A DNA stretch of 64,000 nt from Eledone cirrhosa (GCA_964016885.1 OZ024740.1:385144001-385208000); one strand, 5' to 3'. Counted from the stretch's first letter, positions 37,233 to 59,359 are shown. Numbers and translations are program-made. The notes: generated by a model from the sequence alone, not told the origin.

Positions 37233-40200
37233 ATTATTATTATTATTATTATTATTATTATTGTTGTTATTATTGTTATTATTGTTATTATTGTTGTTAT
37301 TGTTGTTGTTGTTGTTGCTGGTGGTGGTGGTGGTGGTGGTGGTGGTATTATTATTACAAATCAGTGGGCTATTGAACATTGAAGCGTGTGTATTATACAC
37401 AAATCAAAGCACCAATTGAATTATATGAAAGCTCACTGTTTTAAGGAAATTATTCGAAAGTGTTTGATTTGTGAGGAGAAAGAACCAGAGATTTTTTAAC
37501 ACCTTTCGTTCCCAAGTGAGCTTTGCTAATGAAGAACAGTTAGGAATGTTTGAGAAATAGAATAAGTATACAGGTATTTTAAAGCTTAGTCAATCAAATT
37601 CTATTGATATCGTCAGATATCTTAGAACATGAAAAATCGAACAAAGTAATTCCTGCTTCATTATAAATCAATAAACTAATAATTACGATTGCAAATACAA
37701 CGTTGTTATCAGAAACTTAATCTTGCTTGTCTTTACCTTTAAATCTTTTATTTAACATATTAATCAGTCTTCTGATCCGTCTGCTGCTCTATCGAACATG
37801 ACTTTCAATATTATTTATTTCTACATCTATCTTTCTATCGCAATATGTCTTTGCGTTCATACATATAATTTCATATTGATAAAGTTACGTGGTGTCCGTG
37901 TAATATTGCTGATGAAAAACCAGTTTGTCTTCTACAGATGTAGGTCGAATGCGGATACTATTTTAATTTGGGAGAAGCAATCAACACAACTCAGAAACAA
38001 AACACATTTCTATCGAAAGTAAATTGAATGAAAATTTTTCTTTGCTTTAATTTTGTTCTTTTTTTCTCATTGATTTAATTTTCATTCTTCAAACAATAAT
38101 AACTCGTAGAGCTACTGTTTATGATTATTTTTTAAGAGTACTGTAGCTGTTTTAGTCGACAAAGTGTTGTATTATTGGCAGAAGAGTTGATGGTTCATAT
38201 CCTACCACTACCAAATTGCTAGGTCGCTACATTTAGCAATGAAATAGACCCTCACTGTAGTAAAGAGCGTATTAACTATTCGACTGTTTTTTTATGTTGG
38301 TACAATGCTATAATTTTCAAAGACATAAATATAGCGGATTGAATCGATTTTAGTATGAACCTGGTAATTATTCGATGGAAACCGCTGGGGTTTGTCGTGA
38401 GTCAAACGGTAATGCACTGCATGTACACAGCAAATACACCAGATATATACAACACACACGCATACACATACACACACATATGCGTGTGTATCGGGGGGAT
38501 TTTTTTGGTGGGTGTATAACCAGGAAGCTATAGTGATTCAAGAGACTAGAATTTATTGCTAAAGGTGTGAATCTTTATGTAGCCAAATGTATCGAACGTT
38601 CTTGAACCATCTGGAACGTATTGTTAAAAAGAATTCACGAGCAAAAAATTGCAAAAGGTCAAAATAGATGTGATATGAAACCATTACTTTACAAATGTAT
38701 AAATATACGCATAAACATGACTATAATTATCTACATATATATATATAGAGAACAATTTAAAATAGAAATAGAACTGTTGCGATTAAGAGCCAACTCCAAC
38801 GAAGAAAAATTCAAGTTACTCGACCAACAGATGGAAACAGAAATCTCAAGGCACTCTGAAGGCCTACTCTATGAAAAAACCTTAAAACTTTGGAAAGAAA
38901 ATTGTGAGGATGAAGAACTAACATCCCTCCAGTGATGGGAAAAAACGTCACCTGGCTCAATAACTACGAAATGGATTTCAAAAATGAACAACATACTGGT
39001 AACCCATTTTTAAAACAAACTAAAACTCACACACTATATGAACAACAAATAACAAAAAACTAACAAAACGTCCACTATACCCCCAACAAAACTATGACGA
39101 CAATCCCAGAACCCATAGACAAAACTATAACCCTACTAACAAAAACCGAAGATCCCACAACACAAGACAGGACCCGATCCGCAGATCACAACCCACACAA
39201 AACCTATTCCAAAACCGTAGACCCCTGCCCACACAGAACCTGTTTCAAAATGGTAGATCCCAACCCACACAAAGGAACAAAATCTACATCTCGGACTATC
39301 AACAAACCGAACCTCAATACGTCCGAAACTTCTATACAAGACCAGACAACAACAGGGGAAATGCCATTACATATAATAATACCATTGAAAAAACGTTCCA
39401 GAAAAATCATTTTTTAGACCAAGGCTACAGGACCCACAACACCCAGTGGCACAAACCGATTTTGAAAAACCGAAAATAATCAACCTTTCAAATACAAACC
39501 TCTCAGCCCAACAAGTTAAAATTCTCTCCAAAGGACTGAAATTTACACCAACACCACAATTCTCTAACCTCAATGATATAAATGACGATATCTCACACTT
39601 CTGAAGAAAATTACATCTCACAGAGGAATTATTTGACAAGAATAATAACGACCAATCAATTGTACGGAATAAAAGCAGCTACAACCCAACAAAAGGTAGA
39701 AACAGAGTTCTGGACAAATTTTGTGACAAATTTAGCTACTTTCCCTTACCATGAACTACCGAAACCTAAACCCAAACCCAACACGAGTCGAAGGGAAGGG
39801 GAGATTATCCATGAACTAAAAAACAATACGGACATTATAATTAAGGAAGCGGACAAGGGAAGTACTGTTGTCATTATGGATGCTGAAAAATATAACAATT
39901 GTATGTTCTCTCTCTTACAAAATACTAATTACTATGAAAGAGTAAAAAACTACCAGCAATCAAAAACAATGACCAGATTAAACACACTGATGTGTCGATA
40001 CCAGGAAGACATAACTAAAAAGGAACGCGATTATTTAACACATTTTTAATAAAAAACCAGCAACCTTTACGGACTTCCGAAGATCCACAAGTGTGAAATA
40101 ATTAACGATGCCTCTAAACAATCCACCTCAGCCTGCGTGAACACACAATACCCCATAGACCTTAAATTAAGACCAATTGTAGCGGGCCCACAATGTGAAA

Positions 40201-42124
40201 CACACAGACTGAGCAAATGTATAGACATACTACTAAAACCAATTCTCAAACACATACCAAGCCTTGTAAGAGACGATCTGGACCTTTTAAACCACCTCCC
40301 CAAACATGTCAACAACGACACTATTATTGTGTCTTTCGATGTAGTGAATCTCTACACAACGATCCCACACCAATACGGACTAGGAGCAATAGGATTCTGG
40401 CTAGAGAAATATCCCAATGAGATACCTGGCAGAATAGAAAAAAGCTTCATCACCGAGGGATTAAAATTTATCCTACAGAACAACTTTTTTGATTTCGATG
40501 GCAGTACTTACAAGCATATATCGGGGACTGCGATGGGTACAAAAGCCGTTCCAACTTATGCCAACTTAGTCATGGCATACTTAGAAGTCCAGATATATGA
40601 ACAGTCCAAATCAAAATACGGATTGAACTTCCACAAATATTTATCAGAGAATTGGAAACGCTACTTGGATGATTGTCTCTTTCTTTGGTCCCACACACTC
40701 GACCAACTGAATGATTTCAAAAATGTAATTAACGGCATCAATAACCACATCTCATTCACAATGGAATGCAGCCAAGATCGACTCCCATTTCTGGACATCT
40801 TAATCTTTAAAAAATCACAAATATTGAAACTGACATACACTACAAACCAACAGATTCCAAACAATACCTGCTATTCACTTCCAACCATCCAAAGCACACG
40901 AAGACGAACATTCCTTTTAACCTAGCAAGAAGAATTTGCACAATGTTTTCCAATTATGAAACGCGAAATAAAAGACTTCAAGAATTAAAGGAAATTCTAC
41001 CCGAAAGACAGTACCCACCATTACTAATAAATAATGGAATAGAAAGGGCTAAATTAATAGGCATTGAGGAATTACGAAAACAGAAACAAACTCAAGGTAC
41101 GTCAAATATTCTATCATATATCTCAACACACAACCCAAGAAATGCGGAAGCTTACAACACTATTCACAAGAACATCCCACTATTGAAACAAGACACAAGA
41201 ACGTAAAAAGCTCTTGAAACACACAAAATAATCAAAAGCAAAAGACAACCGAAATCACTGAAAACATTACTCACCAATGCCAAATTACCTACCACAAACC
41301 CACAACCAACTGTCAAAAAATGTGGTCGCTCTAATTGTGGAACCTGCATTCACCTCATTGAAGGCAACACATATACATTTCAATCAGGACAAAATTTTGC
41401 TGTACAAAATCACTTCACTTGCTCATCAAAAAATCTACTTCATGCCATTAAATGTAAAGGATGCAATGCAGATTATATAGAACAAACTAAACTCACACTC
41501 AGAAACAGAATGACAGTTCATCGCCAACAATTACAAGATCCAACCACGAGACAGATACCACTAAGCGCGCATCTAGACATATGCGCAACTAATAAGACAC
41601 CCAAATTCCAAGTCTTCCCATTTTACCTTTGCGCTGACAATACAACAGAACAAATACGAATAAATAAAGAAAATATGTTCATTTTCACACAGACATACGC
41701 ACACAAAATATATATTCTCTTCATCTTAACATGCTAACCATACCCCCCACCCCCACCCCCCACCCCCACCCCCCACCCCCACCCCCCACCCCCACACACA
41801 CACGTAACACTCATGCCCACACACATAACCCCTCCCACCACACACAAACACACAACTCCCTCCCCCATGTCTACTAATAGAATCACTTTCCTACAAACAT
41901 ACACACACACAAAATATATATATTCTCTCCATCTTAACATACTCCCACACACACACACACACATCACACCCATATACACACACACACAACTCCCTCCCAC
42001 ATTTCTACTAATAGAATCATCTTCCTATACACACACACACACACACAAGCACACAAATAAAGATACATATCTCTATTTTCTTTATTTCAATAGAAAGTCA
42101 GAATTCTGACACCCCAGCGAACCA

Positions 42125-42735
42125 ACCATATTCACTGAACCAGAACAATTCTCCCATCCCATTTCTGTTGACCATTATCTTTTGTTTGTCATAAAATTCT
42201 CTAAAAGGCTACAAAATAAATTCCCATATACGGGCGCGAAATTTAAGGAACTTGTTCACGTGACAATAATAATTTCATTTATAACCAATCAAATTACATT
42301 TATTTAAAAAAAAGCCTTCGTGAGTAACTTTTTTTAAAGTTAAAAGAAATTCAAACAAACTGACGCGATAGCTGATCTGCTTATTCACGTGACTTTACTC
42401 ATATATGAATAAACAACCTACCATATTCACTGAACCAGAACAATTCCCCCTATTCCATTTCTCTTGACCATTATCTTTTGTTTGTCATAAAATTCTCTAA
42501 AAGGCTACAAAATAAAAAAATTCCCAAATACGGGCACGATTTTAATGAACTTGTTCAGGTGACAGCCATAATTTCATTTATAACCAATAAAATTACATTT
42601 ATAAAAAAAAGCCTTCGTGAGCCCCTTTTTTAAGTAAAAAGAAATTCAAATAAACTGGCGCGAAAGCTGATGTGCTTAATCACTTGACTGCATCAACCAA
42701 CCAAACTTCACTCATATATGAAAAAACAACCTGAG
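42125..42735 (+). repeat. About 290-bp direct duplication in the PLE 3' region
   Basis: ccatattcactgaaccagaacaattc... begins near 42126 and again at 42421. Confidence 0.9.
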
Positions 42736-42920
42736 CCCCCCGCCCTTGTTTGAAGAACTTTGTAACGCGAACTGGCGCGAAATTTATTATACTGATTGAC
42801 CAACCAATCAAATTACTTCTCTAAAAACCTGGCGTTTCGAGCCACTTATTTCCATATAAAACAAGTAACATTCTAAGACCAACCAGATGTGATAAAAACC
42901 ACAGACCCTCCATCTCAATT

Positions 42921-42960
42921 CTACTTTTGAAAAGCAGAAGAACTGCGAAACCGGTAAAGG
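42921..42960 (+). ncRNA. Minimal type I hammerhead-like motif with U3-A8 core
   Basis: CTT TTGAAAA GCAG-aagaa-CTGC GAAA CCGG TA AAG; stem I only 3 bp. Confidence 0.65.
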
Positions 42961-43088
42961 AACCAAATAAATATATATATATTTTTAAATAAGACTCCAG
43001 TTGCATTTTCGATTTCATCTTTTTTTCTTTATACTTTCACTGTAGGACACCGGTTATTTTTCATTTTGTAAAAATACCTCACTTTCTA

Positions 43089-43142
<54 letters not shown>

Positions 43143-43185
43143 GTATATATGTGTATATATGTATGTATGTATGTATATATATATG

Positions 43186-43285
<100 letters not shown>

Positions 43286-43301
43286 GATAAATCTTAAAAT
43301 A

Positions 43302-45384
<2,083 letters not shown>

Positions 45385-45422
45385 TATATATATATATTAT
45401 ATATATATATATATATTATATA

Positions 45423-45533
<111 letters not shown>

Positions 45534-46107
45534 AATGAATATAAATTCATCGACAATCGCATTTCGGCGGGTAGAAAAAGCGAAACGAAACGCAAAAGTC
45601 AGAAATAATGCTGGCAAGCGCTCAATAGTTAAAAAACCAGAGCTAAACAATATGTTAACAGGCCATACAAAACTGAAAAAGTTGTCAAGTAAGCATCAAC
45701 CACCTAAGCTAAAAATCAAATCAAGCTAAACAGGTCAAAGCAAAATAAATGATAAAAAACACAGACCTGGACCCATTGGAATTGATGTTAAATCCAAATG
45801 CAGGGTTTCTATGACACCTAAATCAAAATACTGTCTGCTTAAAATTATAAGCTTTATGTATAATGATCGAACAAGGAATATCACGTGATCAACAGGTATT
45901 TTGCTCTGTACCAAATTTGTGAATGACACAGAGCCGCGTAAAAGCACATGTGAAATTTACAAGGGGAAAAACCCCAGATTTTAGCAAATGAATTCAGTAT
46001 GTGTATACCATGCAAACAATTGCATAAGTAGCACAAATCGAATAAGCACTGAACCAGGTAGTTTTTAAAATAAACTTATGCAATTAACCTGTCAATAAAA
46101 TTTATTA

Positions 46108-46166
<59 letters not shown>

Positions 46167-46449
46167 CTAATGAAGCTGACGGCCGTATGTATGTAACAAA
46201 CTTTTTACCAAACGGCTGAACCAAATAGCACCAAATTTGCACCATAGATGTAATTTTTTCCAAGTAAGAAAGTAAGGGTATTTTTGTCTAATGAATTTTT
46301 AAATGTTCAAATGTCAACACTTCCGGTTATACGACATTACTCTCTCTTTATTAGTCTGTCTTTTTAGATAGATATATAGCTATAACGTTGCGCCCTAATA
46401 ATATGTCTTTGTATATATGGCTGTCTGCATCTGTACATTGACTTCGCTA

Positions 46450-46527
<78 letters not shown>

Positions 46528-46535
46528 TGTGTGTG

Positions 46536-46602
<67 letters not shown>

Positions 46603-46959
46603 GTGTTAGTATCATAAATAAGAGACAGTTTAATTTGTACATTTTATTACAGCATTCTTTATACGTATATATATACGTATATATATATATATACATACAC
46701 AAACATGTTATTTACAGTTGTATAAAAAAAGAAGTATAATTGTTTCTACATTTGGCACAAGGCCAGCAATTAATCCAGTACATTACTGGTACTTTATTAT
46801 ATATAATATATATAATACGACATTCATCTCTCTTTCTTTTTGATAGAAACATAGCTATAACGTCGCCCGCTTATAATATATGTCTGTATGTCTGCCTGTC
46901 TGCATTGACTTCGCTTCTAACTAACTTTTAATTAATTATATATATAATTGTATATTCGT

Positions 46960-47275
46960 GTACATATTTTCAACAGTAATACTGTACTATATATTTTCAA
47001 CAGTAATACTATATATTTTCAACAGTAATACTATACTATATATTTTTAACAGTAATACTGAACTATATATTTTCAACAGTAATACTATACTATATATTTT
47101 CAACAGTAACATTGGCGTATTCTACGGCATCCAGATATATATATATAGCTGACGCAACTAGCTTCGTTTGGATAAACAGACGATAAGCCGTCTGTGTAGT
47201 ATAGTATTACTGTTGAAAATATATAGTATAGTACAGTATTACTGTTGAAAATATATAGTATAGTATTACTGCTGA
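46960..47275. repeat. Inverted arrays of an about 27-bp minisatellite (atattttcaacagtaatactatact) around a short spacer
   Basis: About six units at 46960-47110 and about three reverse-complement units at 47195-47275. Confidence 0.85.
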
Positions 47276-47325
<50 letters not shown>

Positions 47326-47739
47326 TAAAATAACAGATTAAAGTTTAAGCAAAGAATCGCTGCTTCCACCCTTAACGGGATCTTCTGAAACTAACAAAGT
47401 CAATCTGTAAACGCAGAAGTGGATTTTTCCAAAAACGTTGCAACCGGAGGAAGACAGGAAGATGATACTTTGGTTCGTGGAAACGTTCCCTGGCAAAGAA
47501 CGGGAAAAAACGAATATAATACGTCATTAATAGGAGCGGTGAAAAACAATTACGCGCAAAGACAGAACCACGTTTATGGTATAAAAGAAGTCGTAGACTA
47601 ATGTTCTCTTAGGTGGTTCATAGAGACGTTCTCTGGAAATGAACGGAAAAAACGAAAATAATACGTCATATGTGGAGCGTGGAGAACAATTGCACGCAAT
47701 TATATATATATATATAGTTTACTCAGCTGTAGAAATGAG

Positions 47740-47973
47740 ATGATAGGACGGGGGTCCCTATCATTCCACTGCAAAGTGGTCGTGGAGTTGCCACGGCAAA
47801 AAAAGCACCCAGCCCACACTGTAAAGTGGACGTGTAGGCGCCACGGAAAAAAGCACCCAGCACTCACTGTAAATAAGGTTGGTGTAAGGAAGGGCATCCA
47901 GCTGTAGAAATTAAGCCAGAATCAGTTCCCGTCCCACCCTTGCAAGCAGGGAAAAGCTGACATAAAATGATGA

Positions 47974-47978
<5 letters not shown>
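47740..47978 (+). mobile_element. Second SINE-like family with (ATG)n tail
   Basis: aagcacccagc..ctgtaaa..ggttggtgtaaggaagggcatccagctgtagaaa..taaaatgatgatga; recognised from memory as an RTE-associated repeat. Confidence 0.55.
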
Positions 47979-48011
<33 letters not shown>

Positions 48012-48039
48012 TCATGATATATATATATATATATATATA

Positions 48040-50460
<2,421 letters not shown>

Positions 50461-50821
50461 CACACATGTATATGTGTGTGTGTATGCATGTGTGTATGTG
50501 TACGTGTATGTATGTATATATATATATATATGTATATGTGTGTATGTATATATATATGTATATATATATATATATATATGTATATGTATATATGTGTATA
50601 TGTATGTGTGTGTATGTATATGTCTGCGTGTGTATTTATTTATTTTTATGTATGTGTGGGTGTGTGTGTGGGTGTGTGTGTGTGTGTGTGTGTGTTTGTA
50701 TTAGGTTGTGCGTGCTTTTGATATATACGTATTTGCATGTGTATAATTGTTTAGCTATGTATGTATATATGTGTGTTTACGTATTTATATGTGTGTGTGC
50801 GTTTATATTTTTATATTTTTG

Positions 50822-50870
<49 letters not shown>

Positions 50871-51250
50871 ATATAATTACATATACATGTGTGTGTTTAT
50901 ATTATATACGTGTACGTGTTTGTGTATGTATGTGTATGTACGTGTTTATGTATTTGTATATGTATATTTATGTTTGAGAGTGTGTGTATGTGTTTACTAT
51001 TTCGTACGTATGTATATGTGCTTTTGTGTGTATTACTTACCACGTGTGTCTGTCCTGTTAGCTGGGGCATGTATCGCTGTCAAAAATTTGTTAATATATA
51101 TTTATATATTTTTTTCTTATATTTATTTGCGTGTGTGAATATGTAGAGGAGTGCATTCATGTATGTGTATGTTTGTACGTTGTATGTTTGTGTGAATGTA
51201 TGTATGTGTATGTATATGTGTGTGTGTATGTGTATGCTTGTACCCACACA

Positions 51251-51301
<51 letters not shown>

Positions 51302-51459
51302 GTAGATAAATCTACCAAGAGTTTACGGTAGTGTCCAATCCGTATGAAGAACTCAATGTAATCCGGATATCATGGAAAGAAGAGATGCAATGAAAAATAC
51401 TTTCGGTGAAAGATAAACGGAATACAGAGTCATTTCGTCATTTTATACAGAGTACCTTT

Positions 51460-51900
51460 CGTCATTTTAGGTGCATCCGTATTGGAGTGGTCTTGAACCA
51501 TGGCCCCCGCGTCTTTGAGCTACACAGAAACGTAGTTGATGAATGTTTGACTACATCCGCTCTCTAGGTCAGTTCACTCGACACGCCGCTTTAAATGATA
51601 TCTTAAGAATGAGCCTTGGGGTGGCCATGCTCATCACAACTGGAGCCTGCCAACCTCAACTGTGGTGACAATAAGTGGCCGGACGAGATAAGCTTGTTCA
51701 CGTATGTGACGTGTTCTCACATTCCACCCCTGTCGCTTCGTCACAAACCCGGACATTGCCACCCGTAACGCAAAGAAGTAGAAGGTATCCATATATAGAG
51801 CTTTAATAGACCCTTGTCGTTTCTTGTCGGTTACCGTTGAGACCTCCAGTGTCCTTTGTCACCAGATTAACGTTTTCCTCAGCAAAATCATGAAGTGTAT
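51460..51900 (+). mobile_element. CRE-like RLE relic
   Basis: RHAALNDIL..LEPANLNCGDNKWPD..VTVETS. Confidence 0.55.
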
Positions 51901-52470
51901 ATCTCCCCTGAGCAAGGAGCCCTGTGAAGTAGATCGTCGCGTCCATTCTGTTGCGGTCACTTTTGGAAAGCTCAAACAACGTGACATAAAACAGTCCACA
52001 ATTACAAAATGTACCAAGCAATAGTACTATTCTGTTTGCTGTACTCTGTTACGACTTACACACTTTATCTTCAACATATTGATAAGTATATTAGCTGCTA
52101 GTTGCGCAATTTACGATTCATAAGGAATATCTCCTGGTGAGGCCATATCCACAAGTAAGTGCACCTGAAGCATGCAAATATACCTAGTGTTGAGCCTATT
52201 CTATTGAAGTCACATCTGCACTTGGTTGAACATGTGAGTCATATGGAGGATACTAGAATAACCAGAGCAGTGCTCTACAGCGAGCTAAGAAGATGCCAAA
52301 AATTCCGTTATAAAGATATCAAACGGCACCTCGGTCAAGCGGGTGGCCTGATTACAACTACATGAGAGTAGACAGCGACTAACCTCAAACATTGGAGGGA
52401 ATTTATGAAGAAAGGAGTAATAGTTGCAGAATCAAACTAGTCCGAATAACAAGAAGGAAAGCGAGAAAGA
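51900..52470 (+). mobile_element. RTE-clade LINE 3' relic
   Basis: EVDRRV..TFGKL; ANIPSVE..HVSHMEDTRITRAVLYSEL..RYKD. Confidence 0.65.
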
Positions 52471-52579
52471 GCAAGAGAAAATTCTATCATATAGACACTG
52501 CCAACTGTATTCTGCAATATCGTATACAGTCTCGTGAAGAGCGAAACATCGTTGATGGTGTCACTCCATTATTTAACTG

Positions 52580-52639
<60 letters not shown>

Positions 52640-53390
52640 AAAATAACAGATTAAAGTTTAAGCAAAGAATTGCTGCGCTGCTTTCACCCTTAACGAGATC
52701 TTCACATCTATTATTATTATTAGTTTACACAAAATGTTCAGACATTAACTGAATGGTGTATACTCAATATATGTGTGCAAAGTATGAGGTTTATTTTCTG
52801 ACGAAAAAACACTAAAAATTGGGAAACGACAGACACATGGACAGTTTTCGGTCATTGACTGATTTCTGGGATACTCCATAGTTTCGGATGCTTTAGAGAC
52901 ATGACTATTTTTCCCATCGCATCAATAGTCTCTAAAATTATGAAAACGACAGTTACTGAACGACAGCCGTTCAGATCGTTTTTTTTTTTCGACTCATTAG
53001 ACACAGAAACAAGATGAAATATTTACTTATCTATACAAGACAGGAAAATTGTTACAATCAAATGCAGAAAAAAAACGCAATACACAAATATAGGTAAGTA
53101 ACCGTAGGAGGAATTGGGAGATTGATACAAGTTAGTTCGAGCAATGGCTCTATATCTAATAAAGGTGATAGACAAAAAGTAAACGAAACAGAGTGCACAG
53201 ACCAGATCAGTGGACGGGGAGAAAGGAGCTTGGTAGGAAGGATGTAGATAAGAGTTCAGACAGTAATGGGAGCCGCAGAAGAACAAAGGGTGAGGGAGAG
53301 AAAATAAAAGGAAGATAGAGCGACATATATGAAAATGAATAGTGATATAGCGATGTGTATGAATGGAGCAGTTCTGCACCTAAAGACTTC

Positions 53391-56536
<3,146 letters not shown>

Positions 56537-56559
<23 letters not shown>

Positions 56560-56928
56560 TGGTAAACGGAATAGAAAATGCTGACAAATTGTTTACAGTG
56601 AAAAATAGTTTAATTAGGAATAAGTGATAATTAGTAATAGTATTGGTTAGTATTAAGTTTTGGTTTTAAGTTTTACCGGTTGCGCATTTCTAATGCTTTT
56701 CAAAAATAATTTTGAGATAGAGCGTCCGTGATGTTTGCTCCAGATCAGAGCAAACATCACGGACGCTCTAGCTCAAAATTATTTTTGAAAAGCATTAGAA
56801 ATGCGCAACCGGTAAAACTAATTATCACTTATTCCTAATTAAACTATTTTTCACTGTGAACAATTTGTCAGCATTTTCTATTCCGTTTACCAATATATCA
56901 TAACTTGTGTGTTACACCTCTATTCTTT

Positions 56929-56932
<4 letters not shown>
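56537..56932. mobile_element. pLTR-only fold-back copy of the 53.5-kb PLE family
   Basis: Inverted arms meet at 56741-56747; the right arm has a deletion and the tail; TA flanks. Confidence 0.85.
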
Positions 56933-57003
<71 letters not shown>

Positions 57004-57009
<6 letters not shown>

Positions 57010-57217
57010 GGTTACACAACAGTTAGTTCACCATACCGAGAACAATTGTTTCACATACGGAACACCATATAACCATGTCCATTACTAGCTGAGGATCCGC
57101 TAAGGTGAAACAATTGTTCTTGGTTTGGTGAACTAACTGTTGTGTAACCACTTCTACCTAACTCGTCCCATGGACTGAGTGCTCTACCACTACGGATATT
57201 ACCTTCCAGTCTTCTAC

Positions 57218-57220
<3 letters not shown>
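57004..57220 (+). mobile_element. Mini PLE remnant with about 50-bp inverted arms and a minimal hammerhead (57084-57124)
   Basis: ACTAG CTGAGGA TCC-gctaa-GGT GAAA CAATTG TT CTTGGT; 57004-57054 is the reverse complement of 57105-57155. Confidence 0.72.
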
Positions 57221-57291
<71 letters not shown>

Positions 57292-57481
57292 GAAAAGAGT
57301 CAGGACCCCGACGGCTGAGCTCTGGCCATTTCGACAGCTAGTTTTGAACTAGCTGTCCAAACGGCTGGAGCTCATCCGTCGGGGTCCTGACTCTTTTCCT
57401 ATTACCCACTCTACTGCCTATAGTATCGAGTACTCTGGTGCGTTATGGTCCACCTGGTTCCTTACCACACTTCCTTCGTTA
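57292..57481 (+). mobile_element. Fold-back half-hammerhead element (copy 2)
   Basis: Homologous to 45184-45384; hairpin axis near 57344. Confidence 0.8.
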
Positions 57482-57540
57482 TATATGTATATATATATAT
57501 GGAGGAGGTTATAGTTCACTTGAAGCATTGTGTAATGGGG

Positions 57541-59350
57541 TATAAACGTTAGAATATGTGTAATAAGGCCAAGACAATGCAGGTATGGACATAGAAAAAA
57601 GAATGCAATAGTGAGAGATATTGATGAGAATTCGTCTTTCACCTTGAATTTATTTAAATGTCCTTAATTTTCGAGATAATATCTCTTCTTCGGAGGGAAG
57701 TAAAAGTCTCAGACCAGCGTCTTAAATTTCCAATGAAGCCATGCTGACCGGAAATAGTATAGAGTTCTAACTTTAATATCAAAGAATTAAAATTAGGTGG
57801 GTAAAGAGTAGTCTCCCTTTAAGAGGGGTTTGTTTATGTTTTTGTTGTGTTTTTTAAATTATATATGCGTGCCTGTATATGTGTGTGGGAGAAAGTATGA
57901 AGGTGTAGGTATGTGTGTGTGTGAGTGTGGGAAGATAGGTCTAATCGTAAAAGTGGTGGGTAGGTGTTATCTGGTGTTAGAACTGGTTTTGTGTGTGTAT
58001 GTGTGAGAGAGAATAAGTGGAGGTGTGTGGGGTGTGTAAAGTGGGGCTAGAGGCCCTATCAGGTTATAAATTGGGTGTTGAGCTCTAGTCTATTATTGAT
58101 TGGTGGATGTGTTCTATCTAATGTTCGTACATTTCAGATCGGCCCTCCCACTCGGTGCCAAGTTCGGATACATAAAGAACGAACTGGCACGTATCAAGAA
58201 CAAATGCACCGACGCCAGAGACCGAGACACACACACCACACATTTCCTGGAAGTACTCAAACTGAACGGATACACGACATCCACCACAAACCGTGCCAGA
58301 AAGAACAGAGGACACCACACCCGAGGCACTAACACTTGCTTCCTGAAGCTCCCACACTTCAGTGAAGAAACAACAACAGCCATCCGCAGAGCCATCAGAC
58401 GAGAAGGTCTGGATATTCAACTGGCCCATTCGGGTCCTTCTTTGCGTGGACGGCTAGCTAAGAGACACTCCACCAGACATGACAACTGCTGCAGACTAGC
58501 CAACTGCCCCATCAACGACACAGACCTATGCCACCAGGCTTACGTATTCTACAGACTAGAGTGTGACAAATGCAACAACTTCTACGTAGGTAGCACCACC
58601 AGACCACTCCACATAAGAATAAAAGAACACCTCAATACTAACGCTTCCTCATTTAAGAAACACCTAGTTAAATGCAAAAACACTGATAAAAACATAACAG
58701 TTAGGATAGAAACTAAAGAAAGAAACCTCGGTAATCTTAGAATCAAGGAAGCACTCATTATAGATAGAACACATCCACCAATCAATAATAGACTAGAGCT
58801 CAACACCCAATTTATAACCTGATAGGGCCTCTAGCCCCACTTTACACACCCCACACACACGCACACACCTCCACTTATTCTCTCTCACACATACACACAC
58901 AAAACCAGTTCTAACACCAGATAACATCTACCCACCACTTTTACGATTAGACCTATCTTCCCACACTCACACACACACATACCTACACCTTCATGCTTTC
59001 TCCCACACACATATACAGGCACGTATATATAATTTAAAAAACACAACAAAAACATAAACAAACCCCTCTTAAAGGGAGACTACTCTTTACCCACCTAATT
59101 TTAATTCTTTGATATTAAATTTAGAACTCTATACTATTTCCGGTCAGCATGGCTTCATTGGAAATTTAAGACGCTGGTCTGAGACTTTTACTTCCCTCCG
59201 AAGAAGAGATATTATCTCGAAAATTAAGGACATTTAAATAAATTCAAGGTGAAAGACGAATTCTCATCAATATCTCTCACTATTGCATTCTTTTTTCTAT
59301 GTCCATACCTGCATTGTCTTGGCCTTATTACACATATTCTAACGTTTATA
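57541..59350 (+). mobile_element. 5'-truncated PLE with about 580-bp inverted arms (57541-58120 / 58761-59350) and a GIY-YIG C-terminus
   Basis: ORF 58100-58822: YVFYRLECDKCNNFYVGSTTRPLHIRIKEH..EALII..PPIN. Confidence 0.92.
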
Positions 59351-59359
59351 TATATATAT

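Larger units (their letters stand above)
38750..43080 (+). mobile_element. Penelope-like element, long frameshifted copy with 3' non-coding region
   Basis: IIKEADKGSTVV, YGLPKIHK, LRPIV, FDVVNLY, GTAMG, RYLDD and a GIY-YIG remnant (about 41430-41530); flanked by TA runs. Confidence 0.9.

Noticed and set aside
46160-46330. Non-autonomous Helitron-like fragment
   Set aside because: Resemblance from memory only; no 3' hairpin or CTAG end found.
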